Origin: Octopus vulgaris
Taxonomy: Eukaryota
Direction of reading: 5' to 3'
Assembly (NCBI GenBank): GCA_951406725.2
Contig: OX597827.1
Coordinates: 37,634,001 to 37,698,000, forward strand
DNA length: 64,000 nucleotides
Shown: positions 25,546 through 38,791 of the stretch, piece by piece
How the letters are laid out: every line of letters starts with the position of its first letter
How positions within the stretch are numbered: the stretch's first letter is position 1
Made by a program: the position numbers and the translations under genes
The notes under the pieces: generated by a model
Told to the model about the DNA's origin: nothing
Database searches by the model: none
The model's input: only the letters and a program-made list of their open reading frames with translations

Positions 25546-27048
25546 TATTTATATGTAGTGGTCCAGTCCATTCCCGCCAGGGGGCGTCGTACTCTCGCAC
25601 AACAGTATGTATGCTCGTATGTATGTTCTTCACACACCTCCAGCCGGTCACTGACAAACCGACAACGCCTTTTAGCTTGAGTGAAGACAGTTCCAAGTTT
25701 TGTGAATATGTGTATTAATAAGGATATATACGTTGAGCTAAGTATATAACGGCAAGCCTGTACGGATATACACGTCTACTTAGTAAACGACTACGTTATC
25801 CTTTTTTTTTTCTTTTTTTTTTTTTGGTGTGTGCGTATGTGCCTTATGTACAAATGTAATTGTAATAAGTCTAGGAAACTCAGAGAGAGAATCTGTAGAG
25901 CGTTGTAGAAATTTTCCGTGCTACTAATTGATTCGATTTAGAGATCGGGAATCTGTTTTGTTGGGTTTTTTTTTCTTTTTAAACCCCAGAATTCCCTGGT
26001 TTTTATATAAATCTGTTGTTTTATATCCCTGCACAGCTATGTTAATAGACACAAAGGAAAATATGTAGTCGGACCATAAGGGTTCTAAGCTTTACACTTC
26101 CTCTCTCTATGTGTTTTCTTTTACCACATTCACGTGTACTGGACAACTGCAAATACGCATGAGAGTTAGTATCAGCATTTACATAGGTGGATGTGTGGGA
26201 ATATTTCCATTTATGTAACCGATGCAAATTTACAAAGCTATCCGTAAGATAAACTTTAAAATAATTTTAGCAAAAATGTCATGTCCTCTGGGAAGGAAAC
26301 ATTTTGGGGCAACTGCTGATAATAGAATTGATATCTACCGCACTGATATAACACAATCGACATTTTGTATCACAATATGGTAGTTTTGAGGTATTCTTAT
26401 CTCGAGTATTCGGTAGCTGTCTCCTGTTTCTGAACAGAGTATTTGTCTAAGTGGGATCTCTGCCTGTCTGTCCGTCCGTCCGTCTGTCTGTATGTTTGTA
26501 TGTATGTATGTATGTATGTGTATATATGTGTGTGTATATATGTATGTGTGTGTGTATTTATGTGTGAATGTATAAATTGCTGTGTATATATATGTATGTG
26601 TATGTATGAATTAGTGAATGTACGTGTGTATGTGTATGTATGTACATATTTATGTGCATGTATATGCATGTATTATGTAAGTATTTATGTATCCAGGAAT
26701 GCACATATTTATGTTCACATGTATGTGTATTTCTGTATTTATGCACCTATGTGTGCATTTATGTATGTATGTATGACTGTATATTTTTGTACATGTCTAT
26801 TGTCTATCTGTATGTACGTATCTATTGTTCCCCTCATTGTTATTAGATTAAAATTTTTATTATTTAATCATTACGTTGGTGCTTCTAGTCCCAGATCATC
26901 TCAGATAACCCCTGACCCAGAAGACGTTCCAGTCATGATCATTCCATCCCTTTCTTTAAGCACAATGAATATAGAACAGTATAATCTTCTATATCCTAAC
27001 TTTTTATAATAGTAAGAGGCTACAGTTCTATATTTAAGAGATGAGGAA

Positions 27049-27341
27049 TTATGTACATTATTTACATTTGACGGATATTTGTCCTCATCTTGTTTGTTGT
27101 TAACACAACGCTTCGGCTGATATACCCTCCAGCCTTCATCGGGTGTCTTGGGTAAATTTCGAAACTGGGTTCTCATTCCTAAGGTATTTTTCGATGTTGT
27201 TGTTATTCTAACTGGGCCCCACATGGTTGTGATGCATGTGCCTAGTGTATCCCTTATCAGACGGGTAGTCATGATGGGTATACTGGGCTTCGTATATTTT
27301 ACCCCAGTGTCACTTTGATCGCATGCACTGCTCTCTCACTC

Positions 27342-27409
<68 letters not shown>

Positions 27410-27555
27410 CAACATCGAAAATACCTCAGGAATGAGAACCCAGGTTCGAAATTTCCCAATACACCTGGTGAGGGCTGGAGGGTATATCAGCTGAAACGTG
27501 TTAACAACAATCAAGATGAGGACAAATATCCGTCAATTGTAAATAATGTAAATAA
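27049..27555. repeat. Inverted pair of PLE pLTRs (about 155 bp each), each with a mutated minimal HHR
   Basis: Arms 27049-27207 and 27402-27555; two-arm consensus ACAC-CUGAUGA-A-GGCUG-GAGGGUAUAU-CAGCC-GAAACGUU-GUGU. Confidence 0.85.
27212..27406 (+). mobile_element. Short retroposon 3' end with (TAA)n tail between the inverted pLTRs
   Basis: Unique 130 bp ending ...gcactgctctctcactc followed directly by (AAT)n. Confidence 0.5.
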
Positions 27556-27666
27556 TATAGTAAGATGCTATTTTAGGGATTTTTGTGTGAGTAAACCCAT
27601 AGTATCCATCGTTAGGGTATATTTATTAGGTTTATGAAGCCTAATGATAGAGGCCAGAGTTAGTTA

Positions 27667-27810
27667 CCGTACTTATTCGAGTATATAAGTCGCAGCTCTA
27701 ATTTAATGTTAAATCTTGGTATATTTTTCCCCTTTAGTTTTTGCTTTGCCCCGTTTATAAGTTGACCTCCAGTTATTTCAATGTGCGGATTTATACACGA
27801 GTAAATACAG
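27667..27810. mobile_element. Tc1/pogo-type MITE
   Basis: TA-ccgtacttattcgagtatataagtcgca ... tgcggatttatacacgagtaaatacag-TA, imperfect TIRs. Confidence 0.65.
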
Positions 27811-28705
27811 TATGTTGTGTTTGGACTGTTCATCTTAAAATGTAAAATTCTGATGTTCCTGATTGCATGCTACAAATTTAGTTAATCTGGTAAGTTGAAA
27901 TCTCTTGGGGTTTTTTTTTATTTTTTAAATAACTCAACTCTTTAATCAATTGGTAAATTGTTGGGTTATGTGAAAATGTTCAGTTATAATATCCCCGCCA
28001 GATGTAAGTAGCTATTCACGTAAGTAACTATGTGTAGTTTAGAAATGATTGTCAGATGTTCCAAAATGATAGAGAATCGAGATAGTCAGAGTGGTGGGGA
28101 GAGAAAGAAAGAAAGAAAGAAACAAACAAACAAAGAGAAACATAATGAATTTAATGGCAAGTGCAACAGACACACCATTCATTGACACAGCATATAACAT
28201 ACAATGATGCAGTATTGTACATAACCCGGTCAGAGAATTGATGGACTTGTCATCTGGAACTATAAAAAACATGAACTATATAACCTCAAACAATAAAGTT
28301 ACTAACTAAATATGGAAACTGAAATAAATGTTCTCTTCATCAGAAACAAGAAATGCTTTTGATCCAAAATGTTGCCTCTCTTCCAGTAACTTCAAGCATC
28401 TCCAACGTTATCTTATGTCTCAACACACATCATCATGATGATGAGGTTGGGTGAACTCTAAAAGGATTAGCCTACCAAGTAGATTGTTGTACACAACTAA
28501 TTTAGTATTCCAAATTAAGAAGATAGAAAAAACACTTCAGAAAACATTGAAATATTATTAGAAATTCATAAAAGTAAAGAAAGAGACATAACCATGTTGA
28601 TTATATAAAGCGAGAAAAAATTATCAAATATTTCGTCATTAACAAAGCTATTGTGAGTATAACATTACGAACTGAAACATTAACAGTGAATAACACTATA
28701 AGTCA

Positions 28706-29109
28706 TCTATATATCTCTATATATATAAATGGCAGTTTGTCTGTGTGGCTGTCAGGTTGTACCCTCACCCTGACCACGGCTTTCAACCGATTCTGATGAA
28801 ACTTGACACACACATAGCCCAATGTCATAATTCAAAACTAACGCAGCGAAAATTTTGAAAAGTTCCCCCAGTTCTGAAAAAAATTGATAAATTCGACATG
28901 GGGTCGAGAATCTAAGCTTTTTATACGCAACACATTTTCTGTCGGGAGACAGCTAGGAACATCGTATACATAGAAGTATTCGAGTGAAGAGAAGACATTG
29001 CAACCTACACATGCGCCTTCGTTCCCTAGAGGGAAAGAACTAGATTGGGATTAGTCGTTGCCTACTAAGGGCTCTTACATACCTGGGCAACGCCGGGCTA
29101 TGCTGCTAG
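28706..29109 (+). mobile_element. Non-autonomous Helitron (first of a tandem pair)
   Basis: a|TCTATATATCTCTATATATATAAATGGCAGTTTG ... cctgggcaacgccgggctatgctgCTAG. Confidence 0.8.
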
Positions 29110-29497
29110 TATATATATAAATCTGAAGTTGTCTGTGTATGGCAGGTTTGGTAGCCTTCAACTAACACTATCTCCTCCGAGACCCTGCGGCGCAAGTGGA
29201 CCAAAATTGAAAATATGATAGAAGAAGGCTTGTTCTTCCTACCGTAGAAATAAAAATTCAAATCGGACCATGTTAATACCAAAAATTATTTAGGTAAAAA
29301 AGGTGCTTTTTTCTATGAAAATCCCTATTTTTTTACGATTTTTTGACTGCTTTGTCACCATTTTTCGGTGTATTTCAACCAGGAAAATGTTCACTTAAAG
29401 ACGATAACAAGCTACATAATGCAAAACTTTTACTTTTCAAAAATTCCAATTCTAAAGGGTCGAAACAAACCCGAGCAACGCCGGGCGATACTGCTAG
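29110..29497 (+). mobile_element. Non-autonomous Helitron (second of the tandem pair)
   Basis: tatatatataaatctgaagttgtctgtg ... aaacccgagcaacgccgggcgatactgCTAG|t. Confidence 0.8.
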
Positions 29498-29920
29498 TTA
29501 TGAATATACACAGAAAGGCAAGGTTTGGGGAAAAGTGATGTGTTTTTTCTTGTTTTTTCGTAACAACCCCGACAATATAAAACTCTAAACAATTTCGAAT
29601 GCGAAGAAAACGGCCGCCTATTAGAAAGGTTGTGTGGTTAGCAAGTTCACAACCCCATGATTTCGAGTTTGATCCTATAACGCAGTACTACCTTATTCTA
29701 CTTTATCTTTAAACCGATGTCGGTTAGTGGATGGAAACAGTACGTGCGCTCGCGCGCGTGTGTGTATGTGTGTTCGCGCGTCCATGCGTGTGTATGTTTG
29801 TGTGTGTGTGAGTGCGTGTGCATGCGTACGTGCGAGTGCGTTAGTGTTCAGCAATTTTGCGATGAACGTGATTTAGAGATTCGATATATATAGACGATAA
29901 AATATTATTATCATAATATA

Positions 29921-29929
<9 letters not shown>

Positions 29930-30018
<89 letters not shown>

Positions 30019-30026
30019 TAATAATA

Positions 30027-30056
<30 letters not shown>
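29930..30056. repeat. (TAA)n switching to (TTA)n near 30027
   Basis: Seen directly; the (TTA)n part is the 3' tail or target of the adjacent LINE. Confidence 0.95.
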
Positions 30057-30057
<1 letters not shown>

Positions 30058-30250
30058 TATGTTTGACTTTTGCTTTATGTCTGTACAAGTTGGCTCCAAG
30101 TCTCATCCAGAGACCTCAAGAGACAACAGGTTGGAAGTTCTGTGCCATATATTTGGGGGTTTTTTTGGTGTTGTACTAGTGAATGTCTAATACATAATAA
30201 AAAAATAAATAAAAATAAAAATAAAAAAAAGTTTGTTTTAAACCTTGGGA

Positions 30251-30965
30251 TTACATAGAGAGTATTTTGCGTAGGATATGAGCAGTTCCCATGAGCACTA
30301 TCTTTTGAATTTCTGCCATTTTGGGGTTTCCTGGTATCTGAGTTAGGTAGCAATCAGTCCCTTTCGCTATCATTCCCAGGGCACCTATGACAACAGGTAT
30401 TGTTTTAGTCTTCAGCTTCCACATTTTGCTGATTTCTATTTCAAGATCTTTATATTTGCTCAGTTTTTGGTAGGTCTTGACAGATACGTTTATATCGATT
30501 GGGACAGTCATATCAATGAGGAGGCATGTTCTTTGTCTGAAGTCTTTCAATATGATGTTTGGCCTATTTGCATCTATCTTCCTGTCAGTTTGAATGGTGA
30601 AGTTCCAGAGGAGTGAGATGTGGTCATTTTCAAGCACTGGAGGTGGATTGTGTTCCCACCAGTTTTTTTCATGGGGCAAATCCAGGTTTTTGCAAATTAC
30701 CCAGTGAATATATTGTGCAGCTCTATCATGCCTATTGAGGTATTCTGTAGGCGCTAGAAGACTGCATTTGGAGACAACATGATCAATGGTTTCATTTTGT
30801 TGTCGGCATACACGACATGTTGGGCTACTGTCGTTCTTTAATATGTTGGCATGGTAGTTTCTTGTTGGTAGGCATTGCTCTTGAGCTGCTATGATAAACC
30901 CCTCTGTTTCAGATTTTAAGCCAGAGGCCATTAGCCATTGATGGGTCAGGGCTTTGTCGATATCT
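30251..30965 (-). pseudogene. CCHC zinc knuckle plus restriction-like endonuclease (REL) of an R4/Dong LINE
   Basis: CRVCRQQNETIDHVVSKC, RHDRAA, QTDRKIDANRPNIIL...LLIDMTVP...KLSKYKDL; the usual RPD catalytic motif reads RPN here. Confidence 0.9.
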
Positions 30966-31307
30966 GCCTTTTCGTTGTGTGTTTTTTTCCTCTGCCCAGA
31001 TTTTATTCCAAAATCCCTGCACTTCTTCTTTTGATGGTACAGACCTTGCAGTAAACGCTGTTTTTCCTATCTTCCTGTAAAAATTCTTGGTGTTATTTTT
31101 GAACATGTTGTTGTCCTTGAAAAATCTAACACGCTTTTCATACCTCGCTATGCGGGCAGCTTTGGCAGATACCTTTTGTTTGATGGTTTCTATGGTGGCA
31201 TCAATATCAAATATAGTTTTCATATTGTATTTTTTCAGTAATTTTGAGGTTTTTGTAGGTTTGGTAGACTTGTGAGCCTTAAGGTTTTTCAAATATTCAA
31301 TGTCAGA

Positions 31308-32300
31308 TCAAAATATTTTAATTTGTTGTTGCAGACGCTCTTGCCAAGAAGTCTTTTTGTGGGAATGTTGCCGTTTTCTAATCTTTACACCACATAGGAT
31401 CGTTGAGATTTTCGCGGATGCATAGTATAGGTGGTTGAGGTTTGTGATATCAACATCATTAGCTGAAATTATATCCTTAAGTGCAAGCCGGATTTTACCA
31501 ATTATTTTCATGTTTTGGTTAGAGTTGCGGATTTTAGGAAGTGTATCACGTTCATCCATGCTGGTTTCTTTAATTTTCAGCCATTCAATCATGATTTGAA
31601 TTTTTAGCTCATGTAGTTCTGTTGGGTCAATATTTGTGTGACTTTCTTTATCTATTTGGTGCTCATCTGTCTTAGTGTTTATGATTGGTTCAGGGAGTAT
31701 TTCACTTTGCCTATCACTTATACTAACTCTTTCAATCCTCACTTCGTTATCAGCCCTGGGCTGGTCTATAATTATTTCCTCTGTATTATCTTCTCTAGCT
31801 GCAGCTTCGTTCATTTTATCCGATATTGCTTGTCTAACTTGATCAATCTCTACTTCAGTCAGTAATTTTTTTTTAATAATGTTTCTTCTGACGTTGGCAA
31901 GTTTGTTACTGTCTATGTAGGGTCTTACTTCAGGGTGTTTCTGTCTCCAGCTTAAGTATGCTTGTACAGTGTTAGATTTATCTGTGGGGAAATATATGGC
32001 ATGGTAGAAGGCCTCAAGAACTTCTTTATTATCTTCCCTAGACCATTTTTCCTTCTTTTTCTTTTGATTATTTGGTGATGAGCATGGATGGCCATCTGTT
32101 GGAATATTCCGGTTGTGGGGTACGTCCAGCTCCTGTGTGTTGGGAAGATTTGATCCAGTAGCTGATTTTTCAATCAGACTTTGGTTCAATTTTCGGGTAC
32201 GTGGTCTTTTGTAATCCGCGCAACGACCAATGCGGTTTATTGTTTGATTTGTTGACCTTGAAGCATGACGAGCTTCCATTCTTATATTAGATGGATCTGT
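31308..32300 (-). pseudogene. N-terminal region of the R4/Dong ORF
   Basis: Long open frame (KWSREDNKEVLEAFY...NKLANVRRNIIKK...SWQERLQQQI), continuing in a shifted frame as AARIARYEKRVRFFKDNNMF...FYRKI...FWNKIW. Confidence 0.7.
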
Positions 32301-33283
32301 CAGTTTAGGGTTCTCTACATGTAAGCATTGCTCATAGCACAGCTTCTTAAGACTAGCAGATCTATATTCGTCTGTATTTTTTTTGTTGATAATTTTATCT
32401 CCGAACATTTTTTTTTCCTTTCCTCCTCTTCCTTTCTTCAAGGCTCACTCTGCCTGTATTAGTTCGAAATAATGAGAATAAAATACGGAGAAGGAAAAGA
32501 AAAAAAAGGGAAAAAGACGGGATCTGTCAGTTATTATTGTTATTACTATCACCTTCACCACCATCACCATCATTAGCAACATCACCATCAATGACATTGT
32601 TTTATGTGTAGCCACAGCCACCATCAACACTCCATTGTGTAGGAGAATGGTTGGTTAAAGAATTCACGTTCTTTGGGTCTATAAATAGATTCGGCAGATG
32701 GTGGAGACAAAGGACGTTAATGGCCAGTAAAAGGTCAAACCTGTTTACATTTATTTTTTTTTTCCTTTCTCTTTTCTTTCTCTCCACATACATATGTATA
32801 TGTATATGTATACTCATTCACACATATTATCTGATGTTTACGTCGATGATTTTTTTAAAAAACTTTCTGAGTTCAATGTTATGTATATATTTTTTAAATT
32901 TCTGAATTCAGTTGTATGTATATATTAGTAGGTGCTTAATTCCATAACTTTTTATCGTGCATTTAATTGTGTTGTTACAATAAAAGGTAATTTAAAAGGC
33001 AATTTTACACATTCTTATAGTCATGAGAGACGACTAAATGTAAATGTTCACACAGAATTGGAGATATTTATGTTTCTAATTTTTCTTGTTAGGTGTACGT
33101 TTGTATGAGCTGTAGATATGTAAGTTTTTTTTAACTTATTTTGAGGGAAATTCAAATTACTCACATAAAACAGTAGATCTTCCAGTTTTCTACAGTTGTT
33201 TTTTTTTTCAGTTGTCCTGCTGGGTTCGCTGTTGCTAGTTCAGAGCATCGTAAAAATACGTCCATCCTCTGTCACGTCCAGCC

Positions 33284-33352
<69 letters not shown>

Positions 33353-33554
33353 TCTTTATTGCCCACAAGGGGATAAACATAGATGGGGCAAACAAGAACA
33401 GACAAGGGGATTAAGTCGATTACGTGGACCCCAGTGATTAACTGGTATTTAATAATAATAATAAGTGACAACAAAAGAATGAGACCTCAATATTAGATAA
33501 ATAGAGGATTATTTATATATGTTATAATTTATAACAAACAGTAAGTTGTCATAG

Positions 33555-33612
33555 TACTCAGAATTACGAATGTTGGAGCGAAAAGCTACGCTAGATTCTC
33601 GTCGGCTATTAA
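33555..33612 (-). ncRNA. Degenerate HHR motif in a PLE-type terminus
   Basis: CCGACGA-GAAU-(23 nt)-AUUC-GUAA; two core substitutions. The flank 33470-33510 resembles 12350-12392. Confidence 0.35.
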
Positions 33613-33847
33613 TGCCAATAGACGCTATGAAAACTGTTGAATAAAAGGGAAGTTACTCTAAGAGATAGAAAAAACAAAGAAAAAATACATGAAACCATAT
33701 TTTCACAAGACTTAGACATAAACCTCCCGCGTTCATAACGTCTATATACGTACACACTCACACAAATATGTATACTTACATGCACATACCCACACAAACA
33801 TATATGTGCATGTACATACTCATACATGCTCACATATCCACACACAC

Positions 33848-33911
<64 letters not shown>

Positions 33912-33999
33912 GAAATATGTTACGAAAAGAAAATATAAAATACACGTGGAAATGTAAGGGTAAAATATGAAAAATCAACGAAAATGCACATTGCAGATA

Positions 34000-35383
34000 G
34001 AAAAAGGCTATTTATGACAGGTAGTGACAAATATATACATTTAGATTGACCGAGGTAGTAATACGAGTCATACAGGTCATTATTATGAGATGATTATAAG
34101 ATGATAATAATAATAAAGTAAGAGAACAAATCGAACCAATTGGTTTACGCGAAGTGTATTCATCGTTTGAACAACACCGGTTAATATACGGTGTCAGGTC
34201 TATTTGTTCCTGAGAAAAAAAGATTATTTGTAAGGGAAGTAAGTAATTCTGGATTATTTGTAAGGGAGGTAAGTAGTTCTGGAATTAGAGATGTGAGTGA
34301 CGTAGGTAGTGTATAGGGTTTAGTGGTTTAAATTGAAGAGTTAGTGGTGTTCTGTATTGAGTTGTGTGTTCATATTTAGTTGGGGGAGAAATTTGTTGAT
34401 GAAAAGTGCCTCTTTATTCAATCTTTGTTGCATTGTGGTGTTCTGTGAACATTGGTAAAAGGGAAATATTTGGAAATTGGGATTAAGATTCCTGGCACAT
34501 CATTCTATGTGTTCACTCACCTTTAACTGTCTGTATTGTGGGTGACGGATTTGCTCTTTGTGAATGGTGATTCTTTGACGGAGCGAAATTCCTGTTTGTC
34601 CAATATAGAGTTTACCACATCCTATGCATGTCAGGACATGGATTACATTTGCTGAGGCGCAGGTGAAATTTGATTTGATCTTAAATATTTCTCCTTGTTT
34701 GAATTGGAATCTGAACCCTCCAGAAGGTGGGGGCATGTTCTACAGTTAGAACGTCCACATTTTGTCACTTTTGGCTCAGTAGTTAGTGGGTAAAGTCTAG
34801 CGCTGGTTAATATTCTTTTCAGTGACTTCGGTTGCTTTTTGCTTTTTATAATTTTATATGAGCTTAAAATTTCGTTCATTGTTTTGTCTGCTGTGAGGAT
34901 GGGAAGGTTTTGGATGATGATGTTGAAGGCTTCGTTGTTTCTGGGGTTATGTGTGGAGATATACGGGAGTATTTTTAAGTCTTGTTTAGTATTTCGACTA
35001 GTTTTCCTTAATCTTTGTATATCTATTTCCTTAGCTCTTTTGATGCCTTCATTTACTAATGAGATTGAGTAGTGTCTTTTAGTTAGTGTAGATCTAAGTT
35101 CAAGGAGTCTATGTTCACGAGTGTATGTATTGGAAACTATGGTGCAGATTCTTTTTGCTAGGTTAAAGAGTATGTTAATTTTTATGTGTTTGGGGTGGCA
35201 GGAGTTAAATAATAGGTATTGTTTAGAATCTGTGGATTTATAGAAGATGTCTGTTTCTATGTGGTTGTTAACTATTCTAATTAAGATGTCTAGAAAGGGT
35301 AGTTGCTTACTGTTGTGTTCCGTAGTGAATTGTATATTGCTGTGTATGTTGTTGTGCATTCTTTTGAAATCAAGGAGTTGATC
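34000..35383 (-). mobile_element. 5'-truncated Penelope-like element (Neptune/Poseidon type): RT thumb, GIY-YIG and 3' pLTR
   Basis: IQFTTEH...LPFLDILI...DIFYKSTD...SCHPKH; frameshift into FTCASANVIHVLTCIGCGKLYIGQTG...RITIH...EALFINKFLPQLN; degenerate HHR at 34130-34172 (CGAUGA-AUAC...AAA-CCAAUUGG-U). Confidence 0.9.
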
Positions 35384-35384
35384 C

Positions 35385-35468
<84 letters not shown>

Positions 35469-35541
35469 ATGTGTACGCAACTTCATCCTCATATATACAT
35501 AGGTGTTTGCATGCATACGCGTAACAAAATACATATATACG

Positions 35542-35613
<72 letters not shown>

Positions 35614-35614
35614 C

Positions 35615-35688
<74 letters not shown>

Positions 35689-35857
35689 TACATATACATC
35701 CTCCTATCACACAACTACACCCGCACATATACAAACATATTCACATCCGTATAAATGAAGGGGACGTGTGCATGAAATTCGCACTTATGCACCGGACACA
35801 GTCTTACACTCATATACATACATATACACATACACTATATACACACGCACACACATA

Positions 35858-35908
<51 letters not shown>

Positions 35909-36084
35909 TATACTCACACGCGTACATATTCACACAAAAGGAAAAAGAGAAAAAATTAAAAGATATATATAAAAAAATATATATAAAAAATAGAATATTA
36001 ATAGAAGTTAAGACATATGTGAAGCTTGTGCAGGAACATAGTAAAAATGTGGATTCTAGCCGTGATCTGGGGGGGGGGGGGGGC

Positions 36085-36737
36085 AAAACCGTAACAGGTA
36101 TTTTGTCACATATGGATATGATCCAAAATGTTCAGGTCTTGAATTTAGACATGTAGCGAAGTCCAAGGAACTTTTCCAGATGAGCCATCTTTCCATATTC
36201 CAAAGACCGCACTTGCCACTACTGTTGGTATAAAGTTTACACTTGGCTAAACTCTTTCAGTAAATCCTATAGCTGACACCTTGTTCTTTTAAGAACCATA
36301 TATAACTGGATAATTTGGTAGTGTTTCGTTTATTCCAGTGTCTGAAGCTTAAGGTGTGATTGTTGAACCTTGCATTGAAATTTCCCTCTGTGAGACCCAC
36401 ATATCTCTTTGTTAAAACTGTGTTATTAGCGTTCGTAGAATTTACGCTGGCTTCATAAATAATGGCCTTGGTCATACAGGCTCCATTTAACCAGTTAACA
36501 ACTTGTATATTATTGGACCATTGTACTAAATTAGTTGCACCTCTAACTTTATCATTGATTTTCCTTATTAATATACCAATATCTGATTTTGCAGGGTTAA
36601 TTAATCTGTATTTAGGATTAGATAGGAAGTTCTTTTTATGGTCCTTAATCGCTTTTTTGGAAGGATCTCTATTTTTTATCAAATTTAAACCTAGCGGCTA
36701 TGATACTAGCTTCTTTATTAATGTGGTTATAAACTTG
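36085..36737 (-). pseudogene. Inverted PLE segment: RT N-terminus fused to GIY-YIG
   Basis: INKEASIIA...KDHKKNFLSNPKYRLINPAKSDIG...VVNW joined to LNGACMTKAIIYEASV...YVGLTEGNFNARFNNH...LSSYIWFLKE. Confidence 0.85.
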
Positions 36738-37950
36738 CGGTTTAAAACAATTAGAAATAAGAATAAAGCAAGTTTTACACAATTTGATATTGTAGGTTTC
36801 TATGCATCTATTTCCAGAAAACTGCTAGATTAAGTCGTCAGTTTCGCAAGCGATTTTACAGAGATTAGAGAACACGATAAAGATATAATCCGCGAAGTTA
36901 GAAAGACTATACTCTTCAACGAGAACACAGAATGGGTCAAGACAGCAGACACTGAGGGTTCTTTTGATGTGAGCAAGGGGTTATTTGATGGAGCAGGCAT
37001 ATACGATTTCATTGGGATGTTCCTACTTGACACAATAGGAAAAGCTTTGCCAGGTGTATATTTCGCTATTTATACGGATGATGCTCTAGCTTCAGCTAAG
37101 AATACCAATGGACCAGCGCAAGATCGGTTACGGAAGGATGTTATCCATCTTATGAAAATATTCGATCTTAGCATAACATTAGATACCAACCTGACGGTTG
37201 TCAATTTCCTTGACGTATCTCTAGATTTACATACAAAAGAATATTTACAAACTCTATAGAAAGCTCAACGATAGACTTAGTTATATTAATGTAGGTCCCT
37301 GCCACCCCCACCCCATGGTGTTTAAGAATTTAGTTAAGAATATTAGTAGGATAATTTCTAGCCTCTCCTCCAATATAAACATATTTAATAATGCTGCCCC
37401 ACTATATAACAATGCCCTTAAAGCTAGCGGATGTAAAGAAGAAATAGCTTACACACCACCTGTTAGACCAGAAATAAAGAAAAGAAAACATAGACACAGG
37501 AAAATTATCTGGTTCACACCCACTTACTCCCCCGAGGTGACCTTTAATATAGGTAAATATTTCTTGTCACTTATAGATAGACATTTTCCAGTACACCATA
37601 AATATAGGAAACTACTTAATACGCATAACCTAAAAATTAGTTCTAGTACAATCCCAAATTTTAAAAACATAATTACATACAATGCAAAACAACATGAAGC
37701 CGGCTGTTCCTACAGGGATAAAGATTTGTGCCCGCTAAATGGAGCCTGTTTGACCGAGGCCATTATTTATGAAGCCACGGTAAATTCTACAAACACTAAT
37801 AACACAGTTTCATCAAAGAGCTATCTCACGGAGGGAAATTTCAAAGCAAGGTTCAACAATCACACCTTAAGCTCGCAATATGTCTAAATTCAAGAACTGA
37901 ACTTTTGGGGTCATATCCATATGTGACAAAATACCTGTTACGGTTTTGCC
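36738..37950 (+). pseudogene. PLE reverse transcriptase and GIY-YIG (Naiad-like), with stops and frameshifts
   Basis: FTQFDIVGFYASIS, FDVSKGLFDGA, IYTDDAL, VNFLDVSLDL, RKIIWFTPTYS, CPLNGACLTEAIIYEATV, TEGNFKARFNNH. Confidence 0.88.
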
Positions 37951-38269
37951 CCCCACCCCCACCCCCCACAAATAACGGCTAGAATCCATATTTTTACTAT
38001 GTTCCTGCACAAGCCTCCCATATGTCTTCTTTTAATTTTTTAATTTTATATATATATTTGTTATATATATTTTTCACGTTTTCTTTTTTCCCTTTTAATT
38101 GTGTGAATGTGTACGCATGTGAGTATATGTATATGTATATATATGTTTTATATTTATATGTGTGTGCGTGTGTATATATTGTATGTGTATATGTATGTAT
38201 ATGAGTGTAAGACTGTGTCCGGTGCATAAGTGCGACTTTCATGCACACGTTCCCTTCATTTATACGGAT

Positions 38270-38327
<58 letters not shown>

Positions 38328-38755
38328 GTGTGCGTGTGTGTGTGTTATTGGTATTGTTGATATTGTTGTGGATTTATGAGTATATATGAGTATGTACATG
38401 CACATATATGTTTGTGTGGGTTTGTACATGTACGTGTACATGTTTATGTGAGTGTGTACGTATTGTCCTTGCTTTCGTAATGCGGAGTAGATGAAACAGG
38501 GACAACCGAAGAAGGGGAATATTCTTTATGTTGCATGTCTCGTTTCTCTGTTTGTTTTTTTCTTCGTTCTCCCAAAAAGTTCGTTTCTATGTTTTTGTTT
38601 TTGTTTTCGTTTCTCATTCTGTTCAACGATTTTTAATGTCCTGTACCCATATATGCATGTATATATACATATATATATAGGTATGTACACATATATGCAT
38701 ATATTTATATATTATTTATATTATTATATATACATACATACATATATATATAGAC

Positions 38756-38791
<36 letters not shown>

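Larger units (their letters stand above)
30057..32300 (-). mobile_element. R4/Dong-like non-LTR retrotransposon with the RT deleted
   Basis: N-terminal ORFs 31308-32441 and 30909-31292 run directly into the CCHC/REL region; the 3' UTR ends in (TAA)n. Confidence 0.8.
35745..38270 (+). mobile_element. Naiad-type Penelope-like element with an inverted 3'-end duplication
   Basis: 35745-36490 is the reverse complement of 37735-38270 (the latter has an internal deletion); RT and GIY-YIG lie on the plus strand between them. Confidence 0.88.

Noticed and set aside
34500-34502. In-frame TGA in the Neptune-type GIY-YIG as recoding
   Set aside because: The adjacent Cys is present and the element also has a frameshift; a simple nonsense mutation is more likely.
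35748-35795. HHR-like string (AUGAAGG...GAAA) at the outer ends of the large inverted repeat
   Set aside because: The core is non-canonical, there is no clear stem II, and it is antisense to the adjacent PLE 3' end.
36257-36259. In-frame TGA in the Naiad-like GIY-YIG as selenocysteine (some Naiads are reported to encode Sec)
   Set aside because: It falls where a conserved Trp is expected (TGG to TGA), not at a Cys position, and the copy is otherwise decayed.
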